Positions 57,486-64,000 of a stretch of 64,000 bases of DNA are shown here, one piece after another. A model generated the notes under the pieces. It was not told where the DNA came from, did not search any database, and was given only the letters and a program-made list of their open reading frames with translations. This DNA comes from Octopus sinensis (Eukaryota). Both the position numbers and the translations under genes were made by a program. Position 1 is the first letter of the stretch. Each line of letters opens with the position of its first letter. Location of the stretch: assembly GCF_006345805.1 (NCBI RefSeq), contig NC_042997.1, forward strand, positions 111,724,001 through 111,788,000. The letters are read 5' to 3'.

Positions 57486-59334
57486 CAGGGAAGGTAAGAT
57501 GCACAAGATACCAGGATACAAGTGATAATATTTTAATTCAGTGGATTCTGAGATTTTTGCTGAAATAAACTGATTTATTATTATTAGTGCATGGTAATTT
57601 AAATAGCATTCATAGAGTTATTTTCATATGAAAACAGCAATTACAGGAAAAGAGATATGCCATTTGTGAAACCAGCTCCTTAAATATGTCCAAGACTAGC
57701 CCTTACTTCTAAAACACTTAAATGTGTCAGCCAATGGGTATAAAAGGAATCAAAAATTAAATTCTAACAGAGAAAAACCATACTAAACTAGTTTGCATGT
57801 TTTTATTAAATCATAACAGTAAAATATCTTTAAAAAAAATGGTTTAAAATATTATTATACAAGAACTTCAACTTGGTGAGAAGAGGGTGAAAAGATGTTT
57901 CCCCATTCAATAGGATTTCATTGAGAGTAGTTCTTGGTTCTGACAAAGAAAGTCTATAAATGTTCAATTCCACAACATACACAAATAGATATTGGAAATG
58001 GTTCACACAACTGTTTACTTCTACACAGACAGAAAATAAGGAATTTTGGCAACAAAATTAGGCCAAGAGAATAAAGCCATGGACTGTAGTAACAAGAGAT
58101 AATACTACCAATGTTATTGATATGTCTTATAAGCATCCAGAATTCTATAAAAGACCACCCATTACCGTGGTTAGGACAGTAGGAGACATGGCACTGAAGA
58201 TACCATAGTTCTGTTGAAATATTACAGCGTTGTTGCAGTAAATTTTGAAAATAAAGAATTCACTAAAATAACTTATTATGCTGGTGCTTGGAACAAAAAT
58301 GAACATGAAATTTTGATGGAAGGGTTAATTTAGACTACTTTAAAAGAGGAAAATTGTGTCGTAGAATGAAAGGCAAAATCAGATGAGCTGGTGTGAAAAG
58401 GATCAAATCCTAATTGCCCAGGTTATGCAATAGCAATGAAACAGTCTAATGTTAAACAGAAATTTTATGAGATGATAAATAAGATTTTAAAAATTGTTTA
58501 AAGAGAAATCTCTTGGTTTCACTCTCTCTCTCAGCTGAGAGGTTTGTATTTTGCAAGCTCACGGGTGCATGCCAGCGACACGTAAATAGCACCCAGTACA
58601 CTCCACGAAGTGGTTGGCATTAAGAATGGCATCCAGCTGTAGAAACCATACCAAAACAGACAATTGGAACCTGATGCAGCCCTCCTGCTTGCCAGCTTGT
58701 CAAACTGTCCAACCCATGCCAGCATGGAAAACAGACATTAAATGACGATGGTAAAAGAAATAACTACAATGTAACACCAAACTGTAATTGGTCACCTCAC
58801 ATCTCAATTGTTAATATGCAGTGGATTGTCAGGAAATAGCACGTCGATACCCCACCAAAGACAGTAGAGGACTGACTTCTTGTGAATGTATCAGAGATGG
58901 CAAAGAAATGGCTTTCATTTATATACTGAATAAAGTGGTTACATTTATTTATGGGGGTCCAAGACAAAAACCACAATGAGGACTTTGCCATCACTTCATT
59001 GGTGACAAACATGCAAATGTATATTAACAGGATGGTTTAAGTGCAATGAGTTTTAGAAGCAAAAAACAGACAAAAGAACGACTTATGTATAAATAATAAA
59101 GCCCAGCCTCAACACCACCCTGACCAAGAATGAAACAGTTAAGAGAAAGAGAGGAGGTGGGGAATGACGAGATGAACTAGACGAGAGAATTGGTGAGACC
59201 CTAGCAAAAGCTATGTCAATAATTACTATTAGATTATCTCCCTTACATGAAGCAACTAAAATTAATGTTTTAACAGCTTTTGTGGATGGACACTGAGAAA
59301 TAAAAACAGTCAAATTCTTCCTACATCTTCGATA

Positions 59335-59560
59335 ATAATAATAATCCCTTCTGCCACAGGCACAAGGCCTGAAATTTTCAGGGAGGGGAATAGTCAAGTA
59401 CATCGCCCCCAGAGCTCCATCGGTACTTATTTTCACCCCTGAAAGGACGAAAGGCAAAAAGTCAACCATGACAGCATGTGAACCCAGAACATAAAAATGG
59501 GAGAAATGCCATTATTTTTCCCGGTGTGCTAACGATTCTGCCAGCTCACCGCCTTAAATA
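59335..59560 (-). mobile_element. SINE family A; last SINE before the MEP-1-like 3' UTR
   Basis: ggcacaaggcctgaaatttt...gaaaggacgaaaggcaaa...ctgccagctcaccgcc. Confidence 0.75.
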
Positions 59561-59807
59561 ATAATAGAATTTTCAGGAGAAGGACAACATAAAAAAAAGC
59601 AGTTGAAGTTCTTATCAAATGGAGTAATGACTAATTCTTTATGAAAGTCTAAGATCCAGAGGCAAGTCAACATCTAAATGCTGTCTGTGTTTGTTTATAT
59701 AAAATAAATTAAACAAACTAAGTTAAAAGGTGTTTACAACTGTGTGTGTGTGTGTGGACAGAGAATTAAGTCCATTAAATTCCAAGAATTTCAAGTGGTT
59801 GATTAAC

Positions 59808-60994
59808 TTTATTTCAGAAGAGAGAGAGAGCTATGTAATTAATCTAAATGTTTAAAATCACAAATTTATTTCAAGAGAGCCTCGGATGTCAAACAAACCA
59901 GTTGTGATATTTTATCTAAATATTAATATTTAAAAAAAAAAAAATGTTTTAATTGTATTTTTTCTTTTTGATAAAAAAAAAAAAAGGAATGTTGTTTCCC
60001 TGTGAAAAAAAAAAAAAAAAAAACCCAAAAGAAACCTGCAATTATTATGGAGATAAATATTTTCCTTTCAACAGTTCCAAAATAGAGTACTTTCTTTTTT
60101 TTATGTCTGTTTTGAGGAGCTCAAATATTTATATATTTCAAGCTTCAGTAATTAAAAAAAGAGAGGAAAAAAAAAAAACTAAGGAAAAAATGAAAATTCT
60201 GTAAAAATAAGTTCGAAGAGTCTTTCTTGAATGTGATGGGTGTGTAACTAGAATGTTATTATTATTATAATTACTGTGTATTATGTGTGTGTGTGAGTAA
60301 CATTGATTACGCAAGAAAAAAACCTGGGGGGGTTAACTACAAAAGTCATCATGCTGTCAACGAATGGTGACATGTCTATTTTCGAAAAGCTCAACACAAC
60401 ACCTCAGCACTTCTGTTTTTGATTCATCTGTATCATTTATACTCAGGTGAAAACATTTTACAGTAGCAGACAAAATGGTTTGCTTTTTTTTTTTTTTTGG
60501 TTTTTTTTTCAATAAGAAAGTTAATAGAAATTTTCAATTTTTCCAAGAGCAATTATAGACAAAAAAATTAATCATTATTAATACAAGTGATTAATTAATT
60601 TGATAACAGCCAAAGATTCTAATACATACATATTTCAATGGCATTCATAGATTTGGGGAGAAGGGGAGGAAAAAAAAAAATTAAAGTCAAAAGCCATTTG
60701 AGTAGTTTTTAGTTCTACATAAAACAGAGACCTAAGCCCACCTTTGGGGAAGAGTTTAACTCCAGACTGGGCAACAGGTCAGTGTTAACAGTTTCATTAC
60801 ATACACAGCATGAGTGACAATTCCCTTGCCGATGACTGCTATTTTGGTTCCTAAGATATAGCATAGTTTCAAGGCAATAGAGATGATTCTCAACAGACAT
60901 GAAGACTCCAGGAGTAGAGGTAATATTTCTGAATAATGTTCAGGCTGTTTATATATATATTATGTTTAAGTCAGTTTTTGCCAAATCACTCCAT
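59808..60994 (-). promoter_or_regulatory. Probable 3' UTR of the MEP-1-like gene with candidate polyadenylation signals
   Basis: SINE-free AT-rich sequence directly after the stop, with long U-tracts on the sense strand. AATAAA on the minus strand at 59865-59870 and 59808-59813. Confidence 0.45.
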
Positions 60995-61107
60995 TCATTC
61001 GGTACTGTCTGTAATGTTTTTGTCACTCCCTGATTTCACAGGACTTTTCTTACTACCATAGCTTTCATCAGATTCTTTGGAAGACTCCAGTTTTGCAGAA
61101 GTAGAAC

Positions 61108-61141
<34 letters not shown>

Positions 61142-64000
61142 GTTGTTATTATTAGCGGTTGCGTTTTCCTGCTCATCCTGTTTGTCCTTGTCAGCAGCTG
61201 TTCCCTTCTGACTCCAGTCACTTTCCTCTTCACTGTCTTGAGATGCATCAACATCCATCTTTTCAGGTGCTGCAGATTCGGAAACACTGCCAGTCTTACT
61301 ACTTTCTTTTTTTTTATCAACAGAACCATTTTTTGGGTAATCTAATTTAGTCTTATCAGCAGAGCTACTGCCAGCATTAATAACTTCCACATCATCATCA
61401 CTATCACTTATAGATATAGATTCGGATTTAGCCTCAAAGTTACTATCATTATCTAGAGAAATTTTACTGCGTTTCGCTGCTCTATCGGATTCTTCTGGTT
61501 TTCGTTTATGTGATCGAGCTGAACTATTGCTACCTACATCCCCAGAAACGCTGTTTTGCCCGGAATCAATGTTGCCAGATATTGAACAAGGAGAAGCACC
61601 ACCAGATATATCCAGGTGTAATTTTTTCTCTTTCATTTCCGCGTTGATTTCTTCTGAATTGAGCCGCTTCAGTTTGATAGAACATTTTTTCAAATGTCTC
61701 TCTTCAACGTGCTTTATAAATTCTTGAATAAGGATCTGCTTCTTACACACACTGCAAGCTTTCACCGTTGGAATGCTTATCTGACATCTGTGGTTACCAA
61801 GAGAACCCTCTGCTGGCAAAACCATGCCGCATTTTTTGCAAGCCTTATGTACGAGTAGACAATGTTGTGTCAATTCAGCATTGCTCGCAAACGGTACCTT
61901 GCAAAACACACAGTAGTTGCCTTTTACCAACTGAGAGGCCGACGAGCCAGGGGTGGCAGTTCCGGTTTTGGTTGCCATAGCCATGGAATTACCACCTCCT
62001 TTCTCGTCAAGTTTCACCTTGGCATCCATTGAATTCGAGTTACTACGCTTCACTAAAATACCGTGGCTGGCAGCCATGTGGATCTCGGTTTCAGATCGAC
62101 TCTGGCAAACCTTTCCACAAACAATGCATCGCTTTTGGTTCAGGAAGTCCTGTAAGTTGAGCTGATGGGTGTCAGTCATATGATTAAGCAGATGAGAAAC
62201 AAGACAACCACAAAGGATGCATACTTGAGAGAGAGAACCTTTAGCATAATGTTTCAAGGAAACCCTGTGTTTCTGGAGGCCTTGGCTAGTCCAGAATTTC
62301 TTTTCACAAACATCACAGAAAAGAGGAGGGCATGGTTTCTCAAACATAAGTGCAGGCATCTCCACTCTATGGGCGTAGAAGAAGTGAATGCGTAGAGCTT
62401 CCCGATCTTTTACATAGCCGCCACACAGCTCACAGATTTCAAACTCACTAACATCGTTAATGGGCTGATTGTTGGAAGGTATTAATTTCTGGTTGGCTAA
62501 AGACTTGGCAGTAACTACATTATGGCCTTTGACTTGTTGATGCATGTTGAGTAAATCTTTCACAGGAAGTTGTGTCCGCATCAAGCTTAGGTTCTGATGT
62601 CCTTTGTTTGGGTTGAGTAAAGATGTTCCACGGATATTATTTTGGGGCATGCCAGGAGAGAAGTGTTTCATTCCAAGATGGTTCACCATGGGCCGAATTG
62701 GAGACTGTTGCTGGAATCGATTCGGTTGCATGTTCCCTCTTGCATTGAAATTTCTTATCTGGTTCCCTGGCACTTGTGGCTGACCTATTTTGGGATGCAC
62801 TAAAACAGGAATTCTTTGGTTTACATTCATATTTCCTTGATTCATTGGTTTCGACTGAATAGGAGAAATTTTATTAGCATTGAAGTAGCTGGCTCGATTT
62901 GCAGCAGCCTGTTGCTGCTGCAACTTAAACTGAGCCTGCTGCGCTTTGATCTGATTCTGTTTAGCTTTATGCAAAGCAATAGCCTTTAGGGCTTCTTCTT
63001 TTTCGGAGAGGTAGAACACCCCATACAAGCTATAATTGATATCAGTTTCAGGGGACGGCGACAAGTGAGTTTTCATTTCAAAGTTCTTTTCACACTTCCA
63101 CCTGTGCTGCGTTAGTTTACTCTTAGAGTTGTGTTCAAATGGGCAGAGACTACATTGCCAAAAGGCTGGCTTTTCCATACTTCGTCCTTTGATGTTGTGC
63201 TCGGCTTCCATATGAAAATTGAAAGCCAGGTTGTTTCTGGTCAGGAAATCACAATAGGAACAACAAAAGTCTTCTCGTTTGTTAACATGTGGATGTTCAC
63301 GATGCCAAAAGTGGACATTGACCGACTCACTAACAAAATTGCATAATTTGCACTTCCTGTAGCTGAGCTTAAGATGTTTCAGTTTTTCAGCAAGCTCCCT
63401 GCAGGATGTCCGCATCTTGTCCAGTTGAGAACACTCAACATCTGTTAGTTTGCCAGACTGCTGCTTCCGAGACTGAATATGGATGGCTTCTTGATAAACA
63501 GATTGTTTAACAATGTCAAGCCCCAAGTTGTTCAGAAAGTTGGCTAGCGGACCTAGTTTTTCATCAGCCTTCATCAATAGCTCTGCCTTGGCTTTTGCTT
63601 TCAAGATGCGTTGAGCCTTGGTTGACATAGAATGTAGAAGCGTTTCTCTCTTGATAGCCTCAATCTGTTCAACACTGGAATTTGGCAAAGTATCTTTAGA
63701 ATCATCGTTATCGTTGATGTTGAAATTAGAAAAATTAGGTGATGAGCAGAAAGGAGACGTACCTCCTTTTGAAGAATTCATACTGGATTGAGAACTGTTT
63801 AGTGGAGACATCGAAGGTATATGAGGTTTGGGAATTTTAGCCCCAGATAGCGGAGCATAGTTGTTCTGTTGGTTAGCCAGGTTGAAAGACGGCAGCTCAG
63901 GTGGCTGGTGAACCTTACTATGATTGTTGTTAGCACTGAAAGGCCCAGATCGCAGCTGGTTATTGCTGTTTGAAGTGAGAAGAGAATTTGATTGACAATT
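60995..64000 (-). CDS. mep-1: MEP-1-like (MOG-interacting and ectopic P-granules protein 1) C2H2 zinc-finger protein; 5' end lies beyond the window
   Basis: 938-aa ORF (60995-63811). I translated 63812-64000 and found 63 more sense codons with no stop, so the frame is open to the window edge; the TGA stop is at 60995-60997. About ten C2H2/C2HC fingers (e.g. CSYCDFLTRNNLAFNFHMEAEH, CELCGGYVKDREALRIHFFYAH, CDVCEKKFWTSQGLQKHRVSLKH), a Q/N-rich linker and an acidic S-rich C-terminus. The blocks LANFLNNLGLDIVKQ and FEICELCGGYVKD resemble insect MEP-1 as I recall it. The CDS is near certain; the family name is less so. Confidence 0.85.
61109..61153 (-). repeat. Coding (AAT/AAC)15 microsatellite encoding poly-Asn in the MEP-1-like C-terminus
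   Basis: Plus strand (att)11(gtt)2(att)2, in frame as N15. Confidence 0.9.

Noticed and set aside
61036-63346. Short alternative-frame and antisense ORFs overlapping the MEP-1-like CDS
   Set aside because: Shadows of the real ORF's codon bias and the (AAT)n repeat.
1-64000. rRNA, NUMT, LTR retrotransposon or prokaryotic contamination
   Set aside because: No recognisable rRNA or mitochondrial segments, LTR pairs, gag-pol ORFs or operon-like gene density.

Overview
64 kb of AT-rich, extremely repeat-dense animal genomic DNA. The SINE families, (GAT)n-tailed RTE LINE ends and long (TA)/(TG)/(AAT)/(GAT) microsatellites look like an octopus (coleoid cephalopod) genome; this is from my recall, not a database search. 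Only one protein-coding gene is well supported: a minus-strand C2H2 zinc-finger gene resembling MEP-1 (60995 to beyond 64000), one uninterrupted reading frame of at least 3.0 kb that is cut off by the window edge. There is weaker evidence for the last two exons of a plus-strand gene (3866-3909 and 4966-4981), a CpG-rich candidate first exon (28986-29132) and several exon-like segments containing stop codons. The rest is tRNA-derived SINEs (my labels A, B, D), RTE, CR1, Tx1 and R4-type LINE remnants, mariner and maT transposase relics, TTAA (piggyBac-type) MITEs, a non-autonomous Helitron, and mini- and microsatellites. Nearly all short ORFs in the track are repeat artefacts. The most interesting observation is an element with a tRNA-like head and a minimal type-I hammerhead ribozyme motif, present as a head-to-head palindrome at about 44960-45475 with a third copy at about 34370-34540. 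Repeat boundaries are approximate (about 10-20 bp) unless defined by terminal motifs.
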